Assembly (NCBI GenBank): GCA_045600985.1
Contig: JAZRYY010000037.1
Coordinates: 23,031 to 87,030, forward strand
Source: Paludibacteraceae bacterium
GTDB lineage: Bacteria > Bacteroidota > Bacteroidia > Bacteroidales > Paludibacteraceae
Direction of reading: 5' to 3'
DNA: 64,000 bases
Each line of letters opens with the position of its first letter. The stretch's first letter is position 1. The notes below the pieces were generated by a model. That model did not search any database, was not told where the DNA came from, and was given only the letters and a program-made list of their open reading frames with translations. Below, one piece after another: positions 47,886 through 56,162 of the stretch. A program made the position numbers and the translations under genes.

Positions 47886-48614
47886 TTATCTGCATACGAT
47901 TTGCCCGCGGTAGCGCAGGTCGATTTCTTTATAATCTTTCCATCCTATCTTGGAGAATCCGTCCTGATAGAGCGATTTGAGCTTACGCAGTTTCTGCTTG
48001 TATCCGTCCAGCGATCCCAGCAGAATAACGCCTGTTCCCACGCGGGGCACCAGTTCGATATAGCCGGGGTGTACCACGTTGATCTGATCCACCTGGGCCG
48101 ACCAAAATCCATCCCCTTCCAGCCATTCCACGAAATCGTAGAGCTCTTCCTGCGCCATGCGTTGGGTCACGCGTCCGGTGATGATGGGCACGTCGGAGGC
48201 CGTGGTGGAACGCACCTGCATGATGCGTCGGTCGGTGTCCACGAAGTAGTTCTCTCCGCCCAGCACGCGAAGTTGAGGCACGCGTTGCGTCAATTGGAGC
48301 TTCACGTCGCCGCCCGTGGTGGCATAGCAGGATGCCGTGCGGATCATCGGGTGCTGCAGGGCCTGATCTTCAATCTGCTGGCAGCGCCGGGTGTTGAGCG
48401 GTTCGCCCTCCGGGTTCAGTCCCGATCGCAGGATGAACTGCCGTATTTCTCCAGTTTCCACAAACTGTCGTTTGTCGTGGTCGGTGATCTCTATCACCAG
48501 TTGCTTGCAAGTCGGTTCGAGTCGCCGCTCTTTGTGGTAGATGAGGCTGAACGTCAGATAGCCAAGCAGGATGCTGGCGCTGATGCCCACTACCAGTTTT
48601 TTCCAAAGTTCCAT
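47886..48614 (-). CDS. ftsQ: Cell division protein FtsQ/DivIB-like
   Basis: Single N-terminal TM helix followed by a POTRA-like region. Positioned between murC and ftsA. Confidence 0.65.
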   Translation of the reverse strand: MELWKKLVVGISASILLGYLTFSLIYHKERRLEPTCKQLVIEITDHDKRQFVETGEIRQFILRSGLNPEGEPLNTRRCQQIEDQALQHPMIRTASCYATTGGDVKLQLTQRVPQLRVLGGENYFVDTDRRIMQVRSTTASDVPIITGRVTQRMAQEELYDFVEWLEGDGFWSAQVDQINVVHPGYIELVPRVGTGVILLGSLDGYKQKLRKLKSLYQDGFSKIGWKDYKEIDLRYRGQIVCR

Positions 48615-48643
48615 CGTTAAAGTTAGTGTTAATGGTTAATATA

Positions 48644-50119
48644 TCAAATATTTTCTATCGTAGCTTTTATCTCTGGCAGGAGTCGGTCAATATCACCGGC
48701 ACCGAGTGTCAGTACAGCCACCGGATATTTGGCTGTTTCCACGATTTTCTTCACCTTATCGCAGAGCTCTTCTTTTTGGCAGAGTAGCTTGTATTTTACG
48801 TTAAGATTCTCTAGGATGAGTCCTGACGTAACGCCCTCAATCGGCTCTTCGCGAGCGGGATAAATCGGCAGCAGGAGCACGGTATCCAGGAGCGATAGCG
48901 CGTCGGCAAACTCCTTATAGAAATCGCGCGTGCGACTATAGAGATGCGGTTGGAAGATACCCACGAGCTTACGAGTGGAGTAGAGGCGCTTGATGGATTG
49001 CACCGATTGGCGCAGCTCTTCCGGATGGTGCGCATAATCATCGATGAGCACGGCTCGCTCATTCTTCGAAAGGATATTAAAGCGACGTACAGTTCCCGCG
49101 AAGCTCTGCATACCCAGAAAGAGCTCCTTCTCGCTCACACCATTGAGCCATGCGATGGCCATCGCGGCCACGGCATTCTCGATGTTCACCCATACAGGCA
49201 CGCCCAACTGCACTTTCTCAATCGTCATTTGCTTGGCATGGAAATCGAAATAGATCTGCTCGTTTCGAACCACGATATGGCTGGCATAAAAATCCGGCAA
49301 TTTTTCGCTGTCAGTATGGTTGGCGAGCTTGTCGACTCCATCGTTTTCGTCCACCACCCCATACGTATATTCCTTCACGCCTTTCTGTAGTTGCGATGCC
49401 AGTGTGATACCTTTCTTCCTCAGAAGTATGCCGCCCGGCTCAATCAGCGAAGTGAACTTGGTGAAACTCTCGCGATAGGCCTCCACGGTGCCGTATATAT
49501 CGAGGTGATCGGGATCGGTGCTGGTGACTACGGCCATCGTGGGCTGCAGCTCATGAAAACTGCGATCAAATTCATCGGCTTCCACCACCACCAGATTGCT
49601 CTCCGGCTGCACGAGCAGATTGCTGCCGTAGTTCTTGCTGATGCCGCCTAAAAAGGCGTTGGTGCCAATCTCTGATTGATAGAGCAGATGTGCGAGCATC
49701 GTGGAAGTTGTCGTCTTGCCATGCGTACCGGCCACGCAGAGCGCTTTCATATGGCGCTGCTTGGTGATATCGCCTAGCGCGCGTGCACGTTTATGAATAA
49801 TGAACCCCCCGGCAATGAAATGCTGATAGATGGGGCTGTCTTCCGGCACGGCTGGCGTACGAACCACCAACGTCAGTTTCGCATTATCAAATGCCTCGGG
49901 AATCGTGCGCACATCATCCTCATAGGAGATCGTGATCCCCAAGCGTTCCAACTCTTTTGTCAGCGCTGATGGCGTGCGATCATAGCCCGCCACGGGAAAC
50001 CCCTTCGTTACGTAGTATCTCGCCAAAGCTGACATGCCAATGCCACCTATCCCCAAAAAATAAATCGCCGAATACCATCCCGACGGCTGCTCTTTCTGTA
50101 TGTTTGTTTCCTCTTGCAT
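48644..50119 (-). CDS. murC: UDP-N-acetylmuramate--L-alanine ligase
   Basis: FLGIGGIGMSALA and VAGTHGKTTTSTM motifs. Mur ligase C-terminal domain. Confidence 0.9.
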   Translation of the reverse strand: MQEETNIQKEQPSGWYSAIYFLGIGGIGMSALARYYVTKGFPVAGYDRTPSALTKELERLGITISYEDDVRTIPEAFDNAKLTLVVRTPAVPEDSPIYQHFIAGGFIIHKRARALGDITKQRHMKALCVAGTHGKTTTSTMLAHLLYQSEIGTNAFLGGISKNYGSNLLVQPESNLVVVEADEFDRSFHELQPTMAVVTSTDPDHLDIYGTVEAYRESFTKFTSLIEPGGILLRKKGITLASQLQKGVKEYTYGVVDENDGVDKLANHTDSEKLPDFYASHIVVRNEQIYFDFHAKQMTIEKVQLGVPVWVNIENAVAAMAIAWLNGVSEKELFLGMQSFAGTVRRFNILSKNERAVLIDDYAHHPEELRQSVQSIKRLYSTRKLVGIFQPHLYSRTRDFYKEFADALSLLDTVLLLPIYPAREEPIEGVTSGLILENLNVKYKLLCQKEELCDKVKKIVETAKYPVAVLTLGAGDIDRLLPEIKATIENI

Positions 50120-50221
50120 AAATGATAACCCAATAGGCCATAAAAACGGACTACAAAATTACTCATTTTTTTTGAATTATGCAAGTCTTTTTAAGACTTA
50201 TTGTGAAAAAATCATAAAATT

Positions 50222-50253
50222 CTTGCGTATTTCAAAAAAATATAGTATCTTTG
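50222..50253 (+). promoter_or_regulatory. Bacteroidota-type promoter for glyQS
   Basis: cttgcgtatttcaaaaaaatatagTATCTTTG, with the -7 at 50246-50253. Confidence 0.6.
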
Positions 50254-50309
50254 CACGCAATTTATCATTATGCACGCAATTTATTAATAGTTATCAAAAA
50301 ATATAAGGT

Positions 50310-51860
50310 ATGGCAACTCAGGAAGAAACATTCAAAAAGATTGTGGCGCACTGCAAGGAATACGGTTTCGTATTCCCTTCTTCAGAAATCTACGACGGCC
50401 TCGGAGCTGTGTATGATTACGGACAGAATGGTGTGGAACTCAAAAATAACATCAAGCGTTATTGGTGGGATTCAATGACCCTCCTCCATGAGAATATTGT
50501 GGGTATCGATGCGGCTATTTTCATGCACCCTACCACATGGAAGGCTTCGGGCCACGTGGATGCGTTCAATGATCCTCTCATTGATAACCGCGATTCCAAA
50601 AAGCGCTATCGCGCCGACGTCCTCATCGAGGAGCAGCTCGCCAAATATGAGGAGAAAATGAATAAGGAAGTGGAGAAGGCTAAGAAGAAATTCGGAGAAG
50701 CCTTCGATGAGGCACAGTTCCGCTCCACCAACCCTCGCGTACTCGAGAATCAGGCCAAATGGGATGCGCTCCATAAGCGCTATAGCGATGCCATGAATGC
50801 CATGGATCTGGACGAACTCAAGCAGATAATCGTGGATGAGGAAATCGTTTGCCCTATTTCTGGCACACGCAATTGGACCGATGTACGTCAGTTCAATCTC
50901 ATGTTCTCCACCGAGATGGGCTCTACGGCAGATGGTGCTATGAAGATTTATCTCCGTCCGGAAACGGCACAGGGTATTTTCGTGAACTATCTCAATGTGC
51001 AGAAAACAGGCCGCATGAAGATTCCTTTCGGTATTGCGCAGATTGGTAAGGCTTTCCGTAATGAGATCGTGGCTCGTCAGTTCGTCTTCCGTATGCGTGA
51101 GTTCGAGCAGATGGAGATGCAGTTCTTTATCAAACCGGGAACTGAACTCGATTGGTTTGAACATTGGAAGCAGTTCCGCCTGAAGTGGCATAAGGCACTT
51201 GGTCTGGGTGATGAGAAATATCGCTATCATGATCATGAGAAACTGGCTCACTATGCCAATGCCGCTACGGATATCGAGTTCCAGATGCCGTTCGGATTCA
51301 AGGAGGTGGAGGGCATCCATTCTCGTACGAATTTCGATCTCTCTCAGCATGCGCAATATTCGGGTAAGAAGATTGAATATTTCGATCCTGAACTCAATCA
51401 AAGCTACACCCCATACGTGATTGAAACCTCTATCGGCGTGGATCGTATGTTCCTTTCTATTATGTGCGCAGCGTATAAGGAAGAGGCGCTAGAGGGCGGC
51501 GACACCCGCGTGGTGCTTAGTCTCCCTGCTGTGCTCGCTCCGGTGAAGGCTTGCGTGATGCCGCTTGTGAAGAAGGATGGTCTGCCAGAGAAGGCTCGCG
51601 AGATCCAGGACATGCTCAAGTTCGATTTCAAAACCAATTATGATGAGAAGGATTCCATCGGTAAGCGTTATCGTCGTCAGGACGCAATTGGTACGCCTTT
51701 CTGTATCACCGTGGATCATGATACGCTCACGGATGGTTGCGTAACGGTTCGTTATCGCGATACGATGACGCAGGATCGCATCCGCATTGAGGATCTTCAT
51801 GCACTTTTGCAAAAAGCCTGCGATATGAAGCAGCTCTATCGAAAGTTGATGGAAAAATAA
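50310..51860 (+). CDS. glyQS: Glycine--tRNA ligase (dimeric class II type)
   Basis: N-terminal FKKIVAHCKEYGFVFPSSEIYDGLG, class II motifs, anticodon-binding C-terminus. 516 aa. Confidence 0.9.
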   Translation: MATQEETFKKIVAHCKEYGFVFPSSEIYDGLGAVYDYGQNGVELKNNIKRYWWDSMTLLHENIVGIDAAIFMHPTTWKASGHVDAFNDPLIDNRDSKKRYRADVLIEEQLAKYEEKMNKEVEKAKKKFGEAFDEAQFRSTNPRVLENQAKWDALHKRYSDAMNAMDLDELKQIIVDEEIVCPISGTRNWTDVRQFNLMFSTEMGSTADGAMKIYLRPETAQGIFVNYLNVQKTGRMKIPFGIAQIGKAFRNEIVARQFVFRMREFEQMEMQFFIKPGTELDWFEHWKQFRLKWHKALGLGDEKYRYHDHEKLAHYANAATDIEFQMPFGFKEVEGIHSRTNFDLSQHAQYSGKKIEYFDPELNQSYTPYVIETSIGVDRMFLSIMCAAYKEEALEGGDTRVVLSLPAVLAPVKACVMPLVKKDGLPEKAREIQDMLKFDFKTNYDEKDSIGKRYRRQDAIGTPFCITVDHDTLTDGCVTVRYRDTMTQDRIRIEDLHALLQKACDMKQLYRKLMEK

Positions 51861-51887
51861 AACGCACACAGCTGCTTTGTTCCAGTC

Positions 51888-52022
51888 TTGGTCAAGCCAC
51901 ACAATAGCGACACTTGAACGACACCTGAACGACACTTGAGCCACTCAAGAGAGACACCTGAACGACTCAAAAGCTTCTCAAGTCGCAAGTCCCGCTCAGG
52001 TGGCTTGACCAACATTTTTTTT
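51888..52022 (+). terminator. Terminator-like hairpin after glyQS with a ~99-nt stutter-repeat loop
   Basis: 13-bp arms ttggtcaagccac (51888-51900) and gtggcttgaccaa (52000-52012), followed by 8 T (52015-52022). The loop contains acttgaacgac / acctgaacgac / acctgaacgac-type units. Confidence 0.5.
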
Positions 52023-52105
52023 GCTAGTTTTTGCTATCTTGACATGCTAAAATACTACAAAAATGCATAAAATTACACTTTTTTTGCATTTTTCTTCTGA
52101 AATAT

Positions 52106-52136
52106 TTGGTCATATCAAAAAAAAGTAGTAATTTTG
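52106..52136 (+). promoter_or_regulatory. Bacteroidota-type promoter for tRNA-Asp
   Basis: TTTG at 52106-52109 and TAATTTTG at 52129-52136, within tttggtcatatcaaaaaaaagtagtaattttg. Confidence 0.65.
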
Positions 52137-52178
52137 CACCCGCTTTCGAGAAAGAACTACTTCTCGTAGCTGAAAAAA

Positions 52179-52252
52179 GGTGCGGTAGTTCAGTTGGTTA
52201 GAATATCGGCCTGTCACGCCGGAGGTCGCGGGTTCGAGTCCCGTCCGCACCG
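52179..52252 (+). tRNA. tRNA-Asp (anticodon GTC)
   Basis: Hand-folded cloverleaf. Acceptor GGTGCGG/CCGCACC, D-arm GTTC..GAAT, anticodon stem TCGGC/GCCGG with loop CTGTCAC, T-arm GCGGG TTCGAGT CCCGT, discriminator G. CCA is not encoded. Confidence 0.85.
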
Positions 52253-52305
52253 CAAAAGCATTGAGCATCGGCTCGATGCTTTTTTGCGTTTAGTGCAGGG
52301 CTCTG
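52221..52305 (+). repeat. Direct repeat copy 1 (tRNA-Asp 3' half plus terminator plus 20 bp)
   Basis: 85 bp repeated almost exactly at 52366-52452. Confidence 0.9.
52257..52286 (+). terminator. Terminator after tRNA-Asp
   Basis: agcattgagc / gctcgatgct stem (one G-T pair), loop atcg, then ttttt. Confidence 0.7.
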
Positions 52306-52365
52306 TTCCCGCGTACGCCGATTGATCGTTCGAACGAAGTGAGATAAGAATATCCTTTATATAAC

Positions 52366-52452
52366 GGAGGTCGCGGGTTCGAGTCCCGTCCGCACCGCAA
52401 AAAGCATTGAGCATCGGCTCGATGCTTTTTTTGCGTTTAGTGCAGGGCTCTG
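52366..52452 (+). repeat. Direct repeat copy 2, containing a 3' tRNA-Asp fragment (52366-52397) and a second terminator
   Basis: ggaggtcgcgggttcgagtcccgtccgcaccg plus the terminator hairpin and tttagtgcagggctctg. It differs from copy 1 only by extra A/T in the homopolymer runs. Confidence 0.9.
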
Positions 52453-52673
52453 ATCTCGCGTTATTCCCGATTTAACGATTTGGCGGTTTTACTATGCCTC
52501 GGTATCTCTCCAGAATATCGCCTGCAAACTCTATGCCTAATCCGTGGAACTTTTCCGTACCCACTTCTCTTTCTTGATTACATAAAAGCTTTGGTGAGAA
52601 ACACAAAAAAATGCATTCAAACATGTAAAAACACAAAAAAAGTCCGCTTTTTCCATAGAAAATGCCTCGAAAA

Positions 52674-52705
52674 TTTGGTGATTTCAAAAAAAAGTTGTAT
52701 CTTTG
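52674..52705 (+). promoter_or_regulatory. Bacteroidota-type promoter for upxY, with a ~95-nt leader
   Basis: TTTG at 52674-52677 and TATCTTTG at 52698-52705. Confidence 0.6.
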
Positions 52706-52803
52706 CGCGATTTATTGGGCGTATTTTGCCCGCGCACGTCCTCCTGCCCGCATGTGACAGGGGGAAAAACGTCGTACCTATACGTTTAAAATTTCCTAAT
52801 AGT

Positions 52804-53343
52804 ATGCCAGCAAATTCATCCCAAATATGGTGGGCGGTTTACACCCAGCCTTGTCACGAGAAGCGCGTTGCGCAGTCGCTCGCTGCCGCCGGTGAGGAGG
52901 TCTTTGTGGCAACCCGCAAGGAGATTCATCAGTGGTCCGACCGCAAGAAGGAGGTCGAGGTGCTCCTCATTCCTCACGTCATTTTCCTCCGTGCCACAAA
53001 AGAGCATCGTGAGGAACTTATTCGAACCAATCCTCGCTTAGTTGGCGTGATGAGAGAGGCTGTTTCTCGCACCCCTATCGTCATTCCTGATAGCCAGATG
53101 CAAACTTTCATCACTGCCGTTCTATCGTCCTCTACCGAACTCAAGTTCGTGTCAAAGGACGATCCACAATACACAGCCGTCAGTTTCAACCCCGGAGATG
53201 AAATCACTATCTTACGTGGCAAATTCAAAGGAACCAAGGGTTATATCATCAACGCCCAAAATGTCAACCGTTTTGTTGTTCGGGTGGGTTCCCTTGGTCT
53301 TCTAATTTTACCATGTGTTGATGTTGAACTCGTAGAAAGTTAA
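52804..53343 (+). CDS. UpxY-family (NusG-like) transcription antiterminator
   Basis: WWAVYTQPCHEKRVAQSL NGN-type N-terminus and KOW-like GDEITILRGKFKGTKGYI. Start placed downstream of the promoter. Confidence 0.75.
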   Translation: MPANSSQIWWAVYTQPCHEKRVAQSLAAAGEEVFVATRKEIHQWSDRKKEVEVLLIPHVIFLRATKEHREELIRTNPRLVGVMREAVSRTPIVIPDSQMQTFITAVLSSSTELKFVSKDDPQYTAVSFNPGDEITILRGKFKGTKGYIINAQNVNRFVVRVGSLGLLILPCVDVELVES

Positions 53344-53362
53344 TTAATCGCTTATCAACTGT

Positions 53363-54283
53363 ATGCAACTTCGCTATTTGCTCTTCCTTTTTGTCACGTT
53401 GTTTCTCGTCGCTTCTTGCCGGAACAGAGTTGAAGAGTTAACCGATACTACCTCTCTCACCATCCGCATCTGCGAGGAGACCACCACTCCCAAGTCGGTC
53501 TATCCGCTCCAGCTCACGGTCTCTACCGAGACGGGCGTCACGTGTCATGACGAGCGCATCACTTCCCCGGGGGCAACGGCCTTCATGACCCTTCCGACTT
53601 GGGCACGCTACCATATTGTGGCCCGTTCTTCGGTCGGCTATTCGGCTTTCTGCGAGTACCTCCTTCGCGACCAACCCGCAACCCTCGTGCTCATGCTTTC
53701 GGCCGATCCCGCCCCCTCTACAGGCGACACTATCCATATCAATCTGGATGATCCCAATACACCTCCCACCGCATCCGAGGACTCGCTTCTCACGCCAGAC
53801 GTCATCCGCATAGATTCGCTCCCAAGTCCATGCAGCCTTTGGCGCGACCATCTCGTGGCGTTCATAGATTCGCTCTCGCCTAACGTCTCTGAACTCACGC
53901 TCCTCTCGCTCTACGATTGGGGCGACCTGCCCTCGGCTAACCACACCTCTCGTCCGGATGAGGCCCTCAGCATAGTTTCCAACTACACCGAACTCGAGCT
54001 CAACTCCGGTTGGCGCATCCCCACCACCGATCAGGCCAAACGTCTTCGCGACACCTATGGCAGCAACCTGCCTGCTCACGACAGCATCAATGCGCTCCTC
54101 CGTTCGATAGAAGCTTCCGAGATAGTGCTCAAGATCGGCAACGACAATGCTCGTTACCTCTGCGATGAAGGCCTCCGGTCCTTCTCCTTCGTCTCCGGCA
54201 CCAGCATCTCCGCTGCCGGCACCAAGGCCACCAACTACCGCCTCCGCCTCATCCGCACCCTCCGAGTTACAACGAAACAGTAA
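53363..54283 (+). CDS. Lipoprotein, function unknown (C-terminal GWRIPT motif as in DUF1566/FISUMP-type domains)
   Basis: Lipobox LFLVASC. SGWRIPTTDQAKRL motif. GC-rich relative to neighbours. Confidence 0.5.
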   Translation: MQLRYLLFLFVTLFLVASCRNRVEELTDTTSLTIRICEETTTPKSVYPLQLTVSTETGVTCHDERITSPGATAFMTLPTWARYHIVARSSVGYSAFCEYLLRDQPATLVLMLSADPAPSTGDTIHINLDDPNTPPTASEDSLLTPDVIRIDSLPSPCSLWRDHLVAFIDSLSPNVSELTLLSLYDWGDLPSANHTSRPDEALSIVSNYTELELNSGWRIPTTDQAKRLRDTYGSNLPAHDSINALLRSIEASEIVLKIGNDNARYLCDEGLRSFSFVSGTSISAAGTKATNYRLRLIRTLRVTTKQ

Positions 54284-54295
54284 AATTTAAAAATT

Positions 54296-54748
54296 ATGTC
54301 CGATATAGAAATCCAGCAACAAATGGACGCCATGCGTGCCTTGGATGAGCCCATGCCTCAGGTTGGCATCTTCTGGTACGATCCCAACGACCGCATTTTC
54401 TTCGGTGTCCGCAAGCAGGAACTCACTCCCAAACAGGTGGAGGAAGCAGCCGACAAAGGTCTGCCCTTCATCAACTACCCCCACCTCCATCGTCAGGTGT
54501 GGGCAAAGGAATACTTCCGTGCGCAAGCCACAGGCGAACCCACCAAGTTCATGGGTGACTACACCCAGGTACCAAGAGGTCGTGTCGCTTGGAATATCAA
54601 CAAGTTCATCGTCTTTGTAGGCCAATGGGCCAAACCCATCGAAGCCGAGCTCTCCGAGATGATCGAGAAAGAATTCGCTCTCCCATACTTCGAATTCGTC
54701 TATGACATCCATTGGGACCTTGGTCACGGCTGGTCAGGCGATTTATAA
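54296..54748 (+). CDS. Hypothetical cytoplasmic protein (150 aa)
   Basis: Clean ORF with coding-like composition. No motif recognised. Confidence 0.5.
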   Translation: MSDIEIQQQMDAMRALDEPMPQVGIFWYDPNDRIFFGVRKQELTPKQVEEAADKGLPFINYPHLHRQVWAKEYFRAQATGEPTKFMGDYTQVPRGRVAWNINKFIVFVGQWAKPIEAELSEMIEKEFALPYFEFVYDIHWDLGHGWSGDL

Positions 54749-54779
54749 TATTAGTTCTAACCCTCAAAACTCCATCAAT

Positions 54780-55668
54780 ATGAATCGTCTCGCTTATCTA
54801 TTCGCTTGCCTCATACTTCTCGCATTCGCTTCTTGCCAAAGAAACGGAGAACCCACGGGCGAAGTGGCCGCCACTCTCAATCTGTCCTCCAACGAGAATG
54901 CGGTTTGGCGCAACAATACCACTCGTGCCGCAGCTGCCGAACCAGCCACCATGGATATCTATTATGTCCTCGATGCCAACGGCATCTGTCAGACGGCTGC
55001 CAAAGTGGATCATGCCACTCCCGCCACAGCCGACAAACTCCTTGCTTTCGGTGATTATAGTGTCTTCTGCATCACCAATGCTGATCCCATCCGGACTCCC
55101 ATATTCGGCTTCGATGATCGGTACAGACTTCACCGACCAGCCCATGGTGCTCAACACCCTCACTGATGTCAGCTTCGGCCAGCAGCCGCTTACCATCCTA
55201 GCCTCCCAAACCAATTACGACATCAATGTGCCCGTCAACCATATCCTCGCGCAACTCTCACTCACTATCTCCAGCGTACCCGAGGACATCACATCCATAG
55301 CCGTTACCCTCACCAATGTCTCCAAGACCTTCACCCTCGATGGTACCTTTGCTGAGGACGGCACCACCCAAACGCTCTACCTCCAATCGGCCACATCTGC
55401 CAATGCCGATGGCACCTACGACTGGACCCTTCCCGAGTCCCTCATCTATCCGTGTCCCACAGGCGCAACTGCTACGGTCCTCACTATTGTAGCCACCGAC
55501 ACTAACGGCAATGCCACCACATACACCTCCTCCACTACCACCGTGTGCTCCTCAAGCACCCGTACCAATCTCGCCACCACCTGGCGCACCCTTGCCGACC
55601 ACCTCTCCTACGACTACACCGAGAACCCTTGGACTACCACCATCCAGCAAGGCTCCTTCGATATGTGA
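54780..55668 (+). pseudogene. Mfa2/FimB-like fimbrial lipoprotein gene split by a +1 frame change near 55105-55125
   Basis: The N-terminal lipoprotein part (MNRLAYLFACLILLAFASC...) in frame 0 stops at 55166. Sensible sequence continues in frame +1 from TDFTDQPMVLNTLTDVSFG to 55668. The family call is tentative. Confidence 0.5.
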
Positions 55669-55891
55669 TGTGCTGGGTTGTTGTAAAGTCAAGGAGTTGA
55701 TTATAATTTGTGCGACTGCAGTTATTTAAATTTTCTGCTTAAAACTTTAATTAGCAAAACCCTTGTTTAAGTTTTTGCTCCAAAATTTAAATAAGCTTCC
55801 TACTTATATTAAAAATATTATGCAAAATTTAAATTCTGGAACATATAAAGACCAAGGATACATTATACAAACATAATTCATTAATTTGAAA

Positions 55892-56137
55892 ATGGAGAAG
55901 AGATCATTATTAGAACTAGAGCAGATTGTTGATGGCGCAACTGACGCTATTGAATACAAACTGGTTGTAGCCTCTTTAATATCAATGATAGGTAAGTTTT
56001 CATTCGATAGTAAGTACGATTTAATCAATGTATTGCGCAGCCTCGTTTGTGAGTTTAACTACGAAATGAAGATTGATGTTGCTCGCAGAAAATGCAAAAG
56101 TTGCAATAACTGCAGTTTCGATGGCTCTTCAATATAA
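55892..56137 (+). CDS. Small hypothetical protein (81 aa from the ATG) with C-terminal CxxCxxC
   Basis: First ORF of the low-GC operon. KCKSCNNCSF at the C-terminus. The track start at 55886 is TTG. Confidence 0.4.
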   Translation: MEKRSLLELEQIVDGATDAIEYKLVVASLISMIGKFSFDSKYDLINVLRSLVCEFNYEMKIDVARRKCKSCNNCSFDGSSI

Positions 56138-56162
56138 TTAAAGACCTTAAAAACAATGTCTT

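Noticed and set aside
52775-52800. Possible invertible-promoter inverted repeats (aaacgt...acgttt) in the upxY leader, by analogy with Bacteroides capsule promoters.
   Set aside because: It is only a local 6-bp palindrome with a 9-nt spacer. I found no matching inverted copy on the other side of the promoter (52450-52710), so there is no evidence for an invertible segment.
52480-52803. 287-aa version of the upxY ORF starting at 52480.
   Set aside because: The extension reads through the second terminator copy and the promoter at 52674-52705. The NusG-like domain begins at the Met at 52804.
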